NCBI GenBank assembly: GCA_021839245.1 | Contig: JAKCBQ010000004.1 | Location: 41,851 to 105,850 of the forward strand | Origin: Pseudomonadota bacterium | GTDB lineage: Bacteria > Pseudomonadota > Gammaproteobacteria > JAKAQQ01 | Length of the DNA stretch: 64,000 nt | Direction of reading: 5' to 3' | Shown here: in pieces, positions 18,625 through 29,152 of the stretch | How the letters are laid out: each line of letters starts with the position of its first letter | Numbering within the stretch: the stretch's first letter is position 1 | The notes under the pieces: model-generated | The model's input: only the letters and a program-made list of their open reading frames with translations | What the model was told of the DNA's origin: nothing | Database searches by the model: none | Made by a program: the position numbers and the translations under genes

Positions 18625-18957
18625 TACAGAATCGGTGCCGGAATCACCCTGATCCAAGATGGACATGACGGTCCCACATGCAGGCACCGACACCGTCGTG
18701 CCTTTCACGGAGAAGGGATCTTCCTGTTTTACGGCTCGCTTCTGGAGATCGCAAGATCACCGTCGGCGCTCGACTAGAGCGGCGGCAGTCTGCTTGCAGA
18801 CGAGCGCCCGTAAGACCACTCGACGTGACCAGACGCAGATAAGTCTGCGCTGTTTCCAGCACGGTCTACAAAACCTGGGCCGACCCCGCGACCCTTTGAC
18901 GGCATTCGATCACTCCTCTGTCCCCGAGAGTGGAGTGACACCCCCCCCAGGCCCGGC

Positions 18958-19474
18958 CTACGGCTCCTTGCACGGAAGATCTCCAGCGAGATCGTCACCC
19001 TCCCCGCGGAGGAGAGCCCGAAGCGTGGCCGTCTCGTAGCCACGCCGGGCGAGAAGGAGACGTGCCCGCGCCACACGCTCGGGATCGCGTTCCCAGCCGG
19101 AACCGAGACGCCGGTGGCAGAGTTCGGCGGCGGAGGCGAGAGCGGCCCCCCGGGTATCGGCCAGGCAACGATCGACGAGCTCGCGTGCCAGCCCGACGGC
19201 GGTCAGTTCAGCCCGAATCAGGAGAAGCCCTTTGCCGCGACGGAGGAGCACACGCAGACGTTCTCTCGCGTAGCGCTCATCGTCGAGGTAGCCCTCGGTC
19301 ACCAGGCGGTCGAGCACAGCGTTCAGAGTGTCCTCTCCGCCGCCGTGACGACGCAGCCACGCGGCAAGCTCCCCCCGTGCATGGTCGCGACGCGCCAGGC
19401 GGGCCAGCGCACGGGTGTAGAGTGTTCGCTCGCCCGAATCGCCCCCCGCGACGGAATCCTTGGGATGCGGCTCC

Positions 19475-19491
<17 letters not shown>
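18958..19491 (-). CDS. recX: Regulatory protein RecX
   Basis: [34 protein letters not shown]; follows recA. Confidence 0.88.
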
Positions 19492-20509
<1,018 letters not shown>

Positions 20510-20536
20510 GGAAGACAAACTCTTGCGGTCAGAAGC

Positions 20537-21088
20537 CTATTCTATGCTCGCCCTCTCCTCCCCGCCTACCCCGAGGCGTCGGCGGGCGAGACGGCGGTAG
20601 ACGCCGTGGCCTCCGGGCGCCCGCACGGCCAGGACGAGATCGCGAACCGTCCAAGACAGAGGAGGGTCAAGAACCCCAGTTTGCGCCTGACGGGCACCGT
20701 ACACCAGCGTGACGTGGGGCCGAAACGGCCGTCTTTCATCGGCTTGAGCCGCCCGACGGGGAAGGCTGAGCGAAGTGAGAAGCGCATTGAGAAGCACAAG
20801 GGAAGTGGGAGCGATCGCAGGCCCCACCCAAAAGACGCGGCCCGGACGGAAAACTCCGAGACGATCAAGGCTCAGACGAAACACCGGAACACGGACCTCC
20901 CGGAGTGCAACGACGACCCGGTTTTGCTCATCCTCGACCAGAGACCCAAGGTAGAGAACCGTGAGGTGGGCGTCAGCGGCGCCCACCGGGCGTCCCCCGG
21001 ACGCACGGTCCGCAAGGGCGGAGAGTCCCGCGCGTACCCCCTTGGGAGGCCAGAGAGCGAGGAAGGTCGAGCGGCCACCGTCGGGCAT
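20537..21088 (-). CDS. thpR: RNA 2',3'-cyclic phosphodiesterase (2H family)
   Basis: FLALWP, HLTV and PHVTL 2H motifs. Confidence 0.8.
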   Translation of the reverse strand: MPDGGRSTFLALWPPKGVRAGLSALADRASGGRPVGAADAHLTVLYLGSLVEDEQNRVVVALREVRVPVFRLSLDRLGVFRPGRVFWVGPAIAPTSLVLLNALLTSLSLPRRAAQADERRPFRPHVTLVYGARQAQTGVLDPPLSWTVRDLVLAVRAPGGHGVYRRLARRRLGVGGEERASIE

Positions 21089-21095
21089 GAGGATC

Positions 21096-21596
21096 CTAGC
21101 CCACGTCCTCTGCGCAGACTCCGGCGAGCAGCAGGCGAACGGCTTCCCGGCGCACGTCCTCCCGCCCCCCGTCGAGGCGGCGGCGAAAAACCCGCGGGGC
21201 CTCCCCCCGCCGCGCCCAAGCGAGACAGACGGTGCCCACCGGGGTCACCGTATCCCCTCCCGTCGGGCCGGCCACCCCGCTCACGGCCGCGGCGTGTGTG
21301 AGGGCGGGCACACGGTCGAGAAGGCCCATCGCCATGGCGGAGACCACCGCGATCGACACCACCCCCTCACGGGCAATGAGTTCGGGGGGAACACCGAGGA
21401 GTCGGGTCTTCGCTTCGGGGTCGTAGACCACCACGCCCCCCCAGAACCAGTCCGAAGCCCCGGGCACGTCGGTCAGCACCTTCGCGGCCCACCCTCCCGT
21501 GCAGGATTCGGCAAGACCGAGCCGCGCCCGACGGCTGAGGAGCCAGGCCCCCAAGCGCACAGCCAGTGGTCCAAGATCCTGATTCTCCGTCGGCAT
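21096..21596 (-). CDS. pncC: CinA/PncC NMN deamidase
   Basis: AESCTGG, GASDWF.GGVVVY, SGVAGP.GG…PVGTV. Confidence 0.88.
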   Translation of the reverse strand: MPTENQDLGPLAVRLGAWLLSRRARLGLAESCTGGWAAKVLTDVPGASDWFWGGVVVYDPEAKTRLLGVPPELIAREGVVSIAVVSAMAMGLLDRVPALTHAAAVSGVAGPTGGDTVTPVGTVCLAWARRGEAPRVFRRRLDGGREDVRREAVRLLLAGVCAEDVG

Positions 21597-21831
21597 GCGC
21601 TTTCGGCCCGGGCATCCGATGGCGGGGATACTACCAGATTGGGTCACGCCCGCCGCTCGGACTCCGCATCGGCGCCACTCCTCCACCCCGGGGAGCCCAC
21701 CCCAAGGCCGCAAGGCGCCTCCTCACCCACCAGGCAAGCCGGAGCGGGTGCAACTTCCGGAGCTTAAGACGTCGCGCGGAGGAGGCCGTATCTTTAGGTA
21801 ACACGACCCACGCACCGATCCGAGCTCCCGC

Positions 21832-24414
21832 ATGAACCCAGCCGACCTTTCCGCGCACACCCCCGTCATGCGCCAATACCTCGGGATCAAGGCACAGCAC
21901 CCCGACCATCTGGTCTTTTACCGCATGGGGGATTTCTACGAACTCTTTTACGACGACGCCGCAGAAGCCGCGCGCCTCCTGCACCTGACCCTGACCCGTC
22001 GGGGGAGTTCCGCGGGGCAGCCCATTCCCATGGCGGGCGTGCCGGTGGCGGCCCTCGACGCCACACTGCGCCGTCTTCTCGGCCTGGGCCGCTCGGCCGT
22101 GGTCTGCGAGCAGATCGGCAACGGAGAAGGCGGACTCATTGAGCGGCGGGTCGCGCGCGTGGTGACACCCGGAACCCTGACCGAGGAGGATCTTCTCGAA
22201 GCCCGCCGGGAAAACTGGATCGTGGCCCTGAGCGGGGGCGGCCCCGAGTCGACGCTGGCCGCCTTGGAGTCGGCGAGCGGTCAATTCGTGGTCCTCCCCG
22301 TGGAGGATCTCGGCGCCTTACGAAGCGAACTCTCACGCCTCCGCCCGAGCGAGGTCCTTCTCTCCGAAAACGATCCGCGGAGCGAGGAACTCACCGACCT
22401 CCTTCCTCCGGCCTGCACCCGCCTCCCGCCGTGGCGGTTTGATGCCGCGCGCGGGACCCGCGTGTTGTGCGAACACTTCGGGGTAAGCGATCTCGGGGCC
22501 TTCGGTCTCACCGATCTCCCCGCCGGGCGGGCCGCCGCCGGCCTGCTTCTCGAGTACTTCACCGAGACCCAGGGCGCCCGTCCGCAGCACATCCGGACCC
22601 TGCGAACCGAAACCGCCTCTGATCATCTCGTGATCGATGCCTCGAGCCGCGAACAGCTCGCCATCGACGGCCCCCCCCCGAATCTCGTCCACTTGCTCGA
22701 CACGACGCGTACGGCCATGGGAGCTCGGCTTCTCCGCGCCTGGATCCACCGTCCGTGCCGTTCCGCAGAGACCGCACACGCTCGCCACGACGCCGTGGCA
22801 AGCTTCCTCGCCCACCCGTCCGTCCTCGGCGCCGTCCGCTCCGTGCTCGAGGGGCTCGCCGATCTTGAGCGCATCGCCAGCCGCCTCGCGCTCCGCCAGA
22901 CACGCCCACGAGACCTCGAAGCGCTGCGCCGCAGTCTGGAACGGGTGAGTCTCTTGGCCGAAGCCCTGGCGCCGCTCGCCCGGACGCCTCTTCTGGCATC
23001 GCTTCGTAACGACCTCGACCCCCTGATCGTGGTCACACAAACGCTGGAACGGGCACTTGTGGACGAGATCCCATCCACCCTCAAGGAGGGCGGCCTCTTC
23101 GCCCCAGGCTACGACAGCGAGCTCGATGAACTCCGCGCTCTCGATCGTAACGGCGGGGCCGCGCTCGTCGCGTTCGAAGCCCGGGAGAAGGAGCGGACGG
23201 GCCTCGCGAGCCTCAAGCTCCGTCACCAGCGGGCCCTCGGCTACAGCCTCGAGGTCCCCCGCCAGCTCGCCCACTCCGTTCCTCCCGACTACGTCCGCCG
23301 CCAAACGCTCAAGGACGTCGAGCGCTACACCTGCCCGGAACTCGAGGCCCTCACGGGTCGCCTCATCGCCGCACGGACCCGCGGCGTCGAGCGTGAACAG
23401 GAGCTCTTCGAGACCCTGGTCGCGGAGCTCGCCGGACACGCCGAAACGCTTGCACGCACCGCCCGGGCCGCGGCGGGGATCGACGTCCTCGCGGCCTTCG
23501 CCGAACGGGCGGCGTCCCTCGACTGGTGCCGGCCTGCGTTTATCTCAACCCCCCGGCTGCTGCTCGAGCGCGCCCGTCATCCGGTCCTCGAGACGAGTCT
23601 GGCTGAACCCTTCGTGCCGAACGACCTCCGGCTCGACGCCGAGCGGCGTCTCGCGATCCTCACCGGGCCCAACATGGGGGGGAAAAGCACCTACATGCGT
23701 CAGGCGGCACTGGCCGTCGTGCTCGCGTACGCCGGCTCGTTCGTGCCGGCTGCACGGGCGGAGATCGGGCCCTTCGACCGCATTTTCACCCGCATCGGCG
23801 CCGGCGACGAGCTCGCCCGCGGGCGATCGACCTTCATGGTCGAAATGCTCGAGACGGCCCACATCCTGCATCACGCCACCGAGCAGAGCCTGGTTCTCCT
23901 CGACGAGATCGGACGCGGGACCGGCACGTATGATGGGTTGGCCCTCGCCTACGCGGTGGCCGAGCATCTCGTCGAAAACGTCCGCGCCCTCACGCTCTTC
24001 GCGACCCATTACTTCGAGCTCACCGAGATTGCGACCCACCAGCCGGCGGCCACGAACCTTCATGTCGAGGCGCGTCTCGAGGGGGGACGGCTGGTGCTCT
24101 TGCACGAGGTCCGGGCCGGGGCCGCGGTCCGCAGCCACGGTCTCGACGTGGCGGCGCTCGCCGGGGTGCCGCCCACGGTACTCGCCCGAGCACGGGAGCG
24201 ACTCGCCGTTCTCGAGAAAGACGGGGGAGTGCACCTCGGGCCACCGGCCTCCTCCCCGTCGGCCTCCGCCACGCCGGACCGCCTACGGGACACCCTCCTC
24301 CGACTCGATCCGCTCCGTCTGACCCCGCTCGAAGCGCACGCTTGGATTGTGCGTCTGCACGCCCTGCTGGCCGACGAGGAGGAATCAGGACCCGCTGCGG
24401 CGAGTGATCACTGA
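21832..24414 (+). CDS. mutS: DNA mismatch repair protein MutS
   Basis: TPVMRQY, RMGDFYELF, TGPNMGGKSTYMRQ, STFMVEM, DEIGRGT. Confidence 0.98.
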   Translation: MNPADLSAHTPVMRQYLGIKAQHPDHLVFYRMGDFYELFYDDAAEAARLLHLTLTRRGSSAGQPIPMAGVPVAALDATLRRLLGLGRSAVVCEQIGNGEGGLIERRVARVVTPGTLTEEDLLEARRENWIVALSGGGPESTLAALESASGQFVVLPVEDLGALRSELSRLRPSEVLLSENDPRSEELTDLLPPACTRLPPWRFDAARGTRVLCEHFGVSDLGAFGLTDLPAGRAAAGLLLEYFTETQGARPQHIRTLRTETASDHLVIDASSREQLAIDGPPPNLVHLLDTTRTAMGARLLRAWIHRPCRSAETAHARHDAVASFLAHPSVLGAVRSVLEGLADLERIASRLALRQTRPRDLEALRRSLERVSLLAEALAPLARTPLLASLRNDLDPLIVVTQTLERALVDEIPSTLKEGGLFAPGYDSELDELRALDRNGGAALVAFEAREKERTGLASLKLRHQRALGYSLEVPRQLAHSVPPDYVRRQTLKDVERYTCPELEALTGRLIAARTRGVEREQELFETLVAELAGHAETLARTARAAAGIDVLAAFAERAASLDWCRPAFISTPRLLLERARHPVLETSLAEPFVPNDLRLDAERRLAILTGPNMGGKSTYMRQAALAVVLAYAGSFVPAARAEIGPFDRIFTRIGAGDELARGRSTFMVEMLETAHILHHATEQSLVLLDEIGRGTGTYDGLALAYAVAEHLVENVRALTLFATHYFELTEIATHQPAATNLHVEARLEGGRLVLLHEVRAGAAVRSHGLDVAALAGVPPTVLARARERLAVLEKDGGVHLGPPASSPSASATPDRLRDTLLRLDPLRLTPLEAHAWIVRLHALLADEEESGPAAASDH

Positions 24415-24771
24415 TTCGAGAAGTGGCCCGACGACCGCTGTGAATTCGATCTTGTTGATCAGCGCCACCGCACCGAGTTCGCGGGCCCGCTGGGCGTATT
24501 CGGGCTCGTCGTAGAGCGTCACGAAAATCACCTCGGGCGGCCGGACGAGAGCCCTGAGCGCGCGGGCCGTCTCCCAGCCGTCGAGTTCCGGCATGGCCAC
24601 ATCGAGAAAGACCAAGTCGGGAGCCAGTGTGGACGCCAGCTCAATGGCTTCCGAGCCCGAACGGGCCATGCCCACGACATCGACGCCCGGCTGGCTCATG
24701 AGGAGGCCCACCGCCGACTCGAGAAAGAGCGGATGATCATCGACCACAAGGACGCGAAGCGCGGGAGCCAT
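24385..24771 (-). CDS. Single-domain response regulator (receiver only)
   Basis: VLVVDDH, FLDVAMPELDG, K at INK; no output domain. Confidence 0.88.
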   Translation of the reverse strand: MAPALRVLVVDDHPLFLESAVGLLMSQPGVDVVGMARSGSEAIELASTLAPDLVFLDVAMPELDGWETARALRALVRPPEVIFVTLYDEPEYAQRARELGAVALINKIEFTAVVGPLLESVITRRSGS

Positions 24772-24831
24772 CGAACGCCCTCCGGAGCGGGACGCTGTCA
24801 GTATGCCGCGAAGCTGCGACGAGCGCCAGCC

Positions 24832-26130
24832 TCAGGCCCCCGGGCCGGCACTCCCCACCGCCGCCCCGACGGGGAGTCGAGCCTCGACGACCGTCCCCGC
24901 GCCGGGGCGACTCGTCAGAAGGAAACGGCCTCCGAGGAACCGCACCCGTTCCTCCATGCCGAGAACGCCGAAGCTGTCTCCGGCGAAGGCCCGGGCGCGC
25001 GCCGCCTCGACGTCAAACCCACGTCCGTCGTCCTCAACCCGAAGGACGAGTTCCCCGTTGCGGGCCCAGACCCGCACGCGTACGGCGGCGGCCCCGGCGT
25101 GACGGCGCGCGTTGGTGATCGCCTCCTGGGCCACGCGGTAGGCGACGGTCTCGATCTCGGACGGTGCACGCGGCAGGGGATCGGGATCGCAGACCAGGAC
25201 CAGCCCCCCGCGGTCGTCCTCGGACGCACGGCCGGCGAGACGACGGAGCGCCGCCTGAAGCCCGAAGTCGTCGAGGATGGCGGGACGCAACTCGCGCGAG
25301 AGCGTCCGCACAATTTCGAGCACCCGGTCGAGCTCGAGTTCGAGATCCTGGGCATCTCCCTGAGCGTCGGGACCGAGTCCTCGACGGAGGCGGTTCAGGG
25401 CGATCTTGGAGGCGGTGAGCGTCTGACCAACCTCGTCGTGAAGTTCGCGGGCGATGTGGCGACGCTCGTCTTCCTGGACGGCCAGAAGACGCCTCGAGAG
25501 CGTGCGCATCTGGTTCGCGTATTCGATCACCGCTCGCTGGGCCCGACGCAGCTCGGTGACGTCGCGCGCCACACCCACCACGTACAGGCGCTCTTGCCAG
25601 CGAACCTCATAGCAGTAGCCCTCCATCCAACGCCAACCGCCGCCCGCGTCGCGCAGACGATAATGGGTCAGGCGGCTGGGGCGCCAGCTTCCAATCCGCG
25701 CGAGATCGTCCGGATGCAAAAGATCGCCGAATCGCTCCTGGAGGAGATCTTCGGGAGCGAGCCCAAGCACCGTACGGTACGACGGACTCACGTAGACGAA
25801 GCGTCCGTCGGGCGTGAGAAGAGCGCTGAGTTCGCGGGCCTGCTCGGTCATGATTCGGAACTTGAGAACCTGATCGAACTGATGCGCCCGGGCCCGTTCC
25901 CGCGCCTCCGCTGCGCGGGCGTGTCCACGGTCGAGGAGGAAGACAACGATCGTCGAAAGCCCGAGGAACGCCAGCGTGAGGAAAACGAAGGCGAGGAGGG
26001 AGGCCTGAGGGTGCTGAAAGAGTCCAGCGACCGTCCACGCCAAAAGCAACCAGGCGGCCCCGAAGAAGGGGTAAACCACTCCAACCCCAAGCGAAGAGAA
26101 AAGGCCTCGGCGACGTTCCACTGGCCGCAT
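24832..26130 (-). CDS. PAS-domain NarX/UhpB-type (HisKA_3) sensor histidine kinase
   Basis: Two N-terminal TM segments, PAS (YVSPS…LHPDD), ERRHIARELHDEVGQ, QEAITNARRH, DDGRGF. Confidence 0.9.
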   Translation of the reverse strand: MRPVERRRGLFSSLGVGVVYPFFGAAWLLLAWTVAGLFQHPQASLLAFVFLTLAFLGLSTIVVFLLDRGHARAAEARERARAHQFDQVLKFRIMTEQARELSALLTPDGRFVYVSPSYRTVLGLAPEDLLQERFGDLLHPDDLARIGSWRPSRLTHYRLRDAGGGWRWMEGYCYEVRWQERLYVVGVARDVTELRRAQRAVIEYANQMRTLSRRLLAVQEDERRHIARELHDEVGQTLTASKIALNRLRRGLGPDAQGDAQDLELELDRVLEIVRTLSRELRPAILDDFGLQAALRRLAGRASEDDRGGLVLVCDPDPLPRAPSEIETVAYRVAQEAITNARRHAGAAAVRVRVWARNGELVLRVEDDGRGFDVEAARARAFAGDSFGVLGMEERVRFLGGRFLLTSRPGAGTVVEARLPVGAAVGSAGPGA

Positions 26131-26563
26131 GGGAAACCCCCGCAGGGCCCGAACGGGCCTCCGCGACCATCTTACCGAAAGCGGCGTCAAGCTCTTGGTT
26201 TCAGGCATGGGGATATCAGGAGTGCTGAACCAACGCCAGAAACATGCCGACGTCTGCGCCCGGTGCGGGCATCGGGCGCACGCCGATGTCTACACGGCCC
26301 AGAACATCCGGGATTGGTATGGGCTGTGCTGTCCACGGGAGCTTGAGGTTCCTGTGGGCGGTCCGCAGGAACCGGTCCCGAACCCGGTAAGCCAAACTGT
26401 CGCGCAGGCGGCAGCGTCACGAGAGCGGCAAGCCCCCGACTTCCGCCGTGGGGAAATTCAAAAACCTCTTCGTCGGGTGGGCGGCCGGTTTGAAACGGGC
26501 CTATGATCCTGAGCCGGGGAAGAGCGGCCCCTCTGGTTTTTTGCGAGGTCACCCGCGAACGCC

Positions 26564-27064
<501 letters not shown>

Positions 27065-27186
27065 CGCGAGCGGCCGGAAAGGCTTATCCTATTAGGTGTC
27101 CACGTCGCACCGCACGGTGGGCGCTTCGCCGCCGCCGAGGCGTTTGCGCGTGTTCGCCCTGCCGCCGTACCGTGGGAGATGCAGTC

Positions 27187-27882
27187 ATGAGCAAGACACC
27201 CGAAGCCCCGGAAAAAACGCGTGCCGACGCGGCCCCGCCGGACCCCACTCCGGAGGAGCGCCGTTTCGACCATTCGCGGCGGCGTTTTCTCATCACCGCC
27301 ACAAGCGTCGTAGGCGCGGTGGGGGTGGCCAGCGCCGCCGCCCCGTTCATCGGCAGCATGACCCCGAGCCGAGAGGCCGTCGCCAACGCCCAGCCGGTCG
27401 ATATCGACATTTCCAAGATCAAACCCGCCGAGCTCATCACCGTGATCTGGCGCCACAAGCCCGTCTGGGTCCTACGCCGGACTCCGCATCAGCTCGGGAT
27501 CCTGCCGTCGATGGATCCCGAACTCAAGGATCCCCGAAACCGTCAACCGCAGCAACCACCCAACATGCCGAAGGGCGTCTACGCCTACTGGCGCTCGATC
27601 AAGAAGGAATACCTTGTCCTCGTTGGAATCTGCACGCACCTCGGGTGCATCCCCGACTATGTCCCGCAGCCGGGGGGTTCCCTCGGTCCGCAGTGGCGGG
27701 GTGGATTCCACTGCCCTTGCCATGGATCGATGTACGATTTCGCCGGTCGGGTGCTCATCGGCTCGCCCGCTCCTCTCAACCTTCCCGTCCCCCCCTACCA
27801 CTACCTGAGCGATACCGTCATCCGTGTGGGCTCGATCGGAGGCGCCCACAAGGAAGAGAACTGGGCCCCTGAGATCTGGTAA
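27187..27882 (+). CDS. petA: Ubiquinol-cytochrome c reductase Rieske subunit
   Basis: Tat motif SRRRFL; CTHLGC and CPCHGS. Confidence 0.95.
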   Translation: MSKTPEAPEKTRADAAPPDPTPEERRFDHSRRRFLITATSVVGAVGVASAAAPFIGSMTPSREAVANAQPVDIDISKIKPAELITVIWRHKPVWVLRRTPHQLGILPSMDPELKDPRNRQPQQPPNMPKGVYAYWRSIKKEYLVLVGICTHLGCIPDYVPQPGGSLGPQWRGGFHCPCHGSMYDFAGRVLIGSPAPLNLPVPPYHYLSDTVIRVGSIGGAHKEENWAPEIW

Positions 27883-27942
27883 CGACCGGGCCGGCATCGG
27901 GCGGCGGACCCGGAGCCACAGCGGGAGGAATCCGCGTCTTTC

Positions 27943-28326
27943 CTACTTCACTCGGTGAAGCCGAGGGCGTCCGCCACCACGGGCGGAGGGTGTTCTCCCG
28001 TCCTCGCCCGGGCCATCTTCGTCGGTGAAGATGAGTCCCTGCTGGTTCTCACGGGCAAAAACCGCCAGCACCGCCGTGGCGGGGACGACCACCGTGGTGG
28101 CCGTGCCGCCGAAGCGAAGGCGGCCGCTCATGGCCATCCCGTCGAAACGGAAATCCGGGCATGCCTCGGGACCAAAGTCGAGCACCACGCGCCCGTCTTC
28201 AAGACGATCGGGAGGGATCCCCGTCACCCCGGGGCGGCGAGCATCGACGAGGACGTGCGTGGTCCAGTCGTTGTCGGCGATCCAATCAAGAACGGCCCGG
28301 ATCAAGTAGGGACGGCGCGGTTTCAT
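27943..28326 (-). CDS. sspB: ClpXP adaptor SspB
   Basis: RPYLIRA..DWI.DN..T, RFGG, ARENQQG, RPRLHRVK tail. Confidence 0.88.
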   Translation of the reverse strand: MKPRRPYLIRAVLDWIADNDWTTHVLVDARRPGVTGIPPDRLEDGRVVLDFGPEACPDFRFDGMAMSGRLRFGGTATTVVVPATAVLAVFARENQQGLIFTDEDGPGEDGRTPSARGGGRPRLHRVK

Positions 28327-28399
28327 CAGGCTGCGGGCGGGAGGACCCGACGCAGGTCATGGCCCCGGAGTCGCCACAGAAGGTGGGTCGAGGGACGCC

Positions 28400-29152
28400 T
28401 CAGTGGTGAACGTCCTTCCAGACCTCACGCTTCAGAAGATAGGCGAACAGCGTGAAGAGCACAAGAAAAACCAGGACACGGATGCCCAGAGCCATGGCTT
28501 TGAGGCGGTCGGGATTGGCCACGTAAACGAGAAAGTTCGTAATGTTCCCCACCCGGCGGTGGAAGGCCGCGGGGGGCATGCTGCCCGGGACGACCGTGAC
28601 GTAGCGGACGAAGCGCCGTGCTCCGGTGCCGTGGGCTCCCGTCCGGCGGAACACAGCCCGGCGCAAGCCCTGCATATGCCAGAAGGGATCGGGCATGGCG
28701 ACGTTGTAGAAAACGAGGTTGTTGACCCCCGTCGGTCGGCTCGGATCGAGATAAAAGCTCTGCAGATACGTGTAAATCCAGTCCGCACCTTTTTCCGAGG
28801 CCACCACCGAGAGATCCGGAGGAGCTTCACCGAAAAACTTGATCGCCTCCGCCTTCGGCATCGCGTTCGTGATCATCTGATAGGGCTTGGTCTGCAGGAA
28901 CATCAGACGGCGAAGGGCACGCGGCCCGAGCTTGAGATCGCGACCGAGCCGACTCCAGCGCTCGTACTTGAGCTCGTGGCAACCCATGCAGTAGTTCATG
29001 AAATCGCGGGCGCCTCTTTGGAGAGAGGCGGTGTCGGCCACGTTGACCGGGGCGTGCATGAGAGGAGGCGGGATCGGCGCCGCCTCGAGAAGCGGGGCCG
29101 CCCCCAAGGCGACGACGGCCGCCAGGGTACGGAAAAGAGTCGTGCGCATCAT
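28400..29152 (-). CDS. petC: Cytochrome c1
   Basis: SLQRGA..FMNYCMGCH, PPDLS, AMP, C-terminal TM LKREVWKDVH. Confidence 0.95.
   Translation of the reverse strand: MMRTTLFRTLAAVVALGAAPLLEAAPIPPPLMHAPVNVADTASLQRGARDFMNYCMGCHELKYERWSRLGRDLKLGPRALRRLMFLQTKPYQMITNAMPKAEAIKFFGEAPPDLSVVASEKGADWIYTYLQSFYLDPSRPTGVNNLVFYNVAMPDPFWHMQGLRRAVFRRTGAHGTGARRFVRYVTVVPGSMPPAAFHRRVGNITNFLVYVANPDRLKAMALGIRVLVFLVLFTLFAYLLKREVWKDVHH

Noticed and set aside
18181-18957. SAM/SAH riboswitch or small ORFs upstream of the LuxS/methyltransferase operon
   Set aside because: No consensus elements recognised and the short ORFs lack motifs; an Infernal/Rfam scan would be decisive
20510-21831. LexA SOS box for recA/pncC
   Set aside because: No convincing CTGT-N8-ACAG site seen
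26129-26560. Possible small ORF or structured RNA between the kinase and macro-domain genes (hairpin ggttcctgtgg…ccgcaggaacc)
   Set aside because: Single imperfect hairpin in GC-rich DNA and ORFs without motifs; insufficient support
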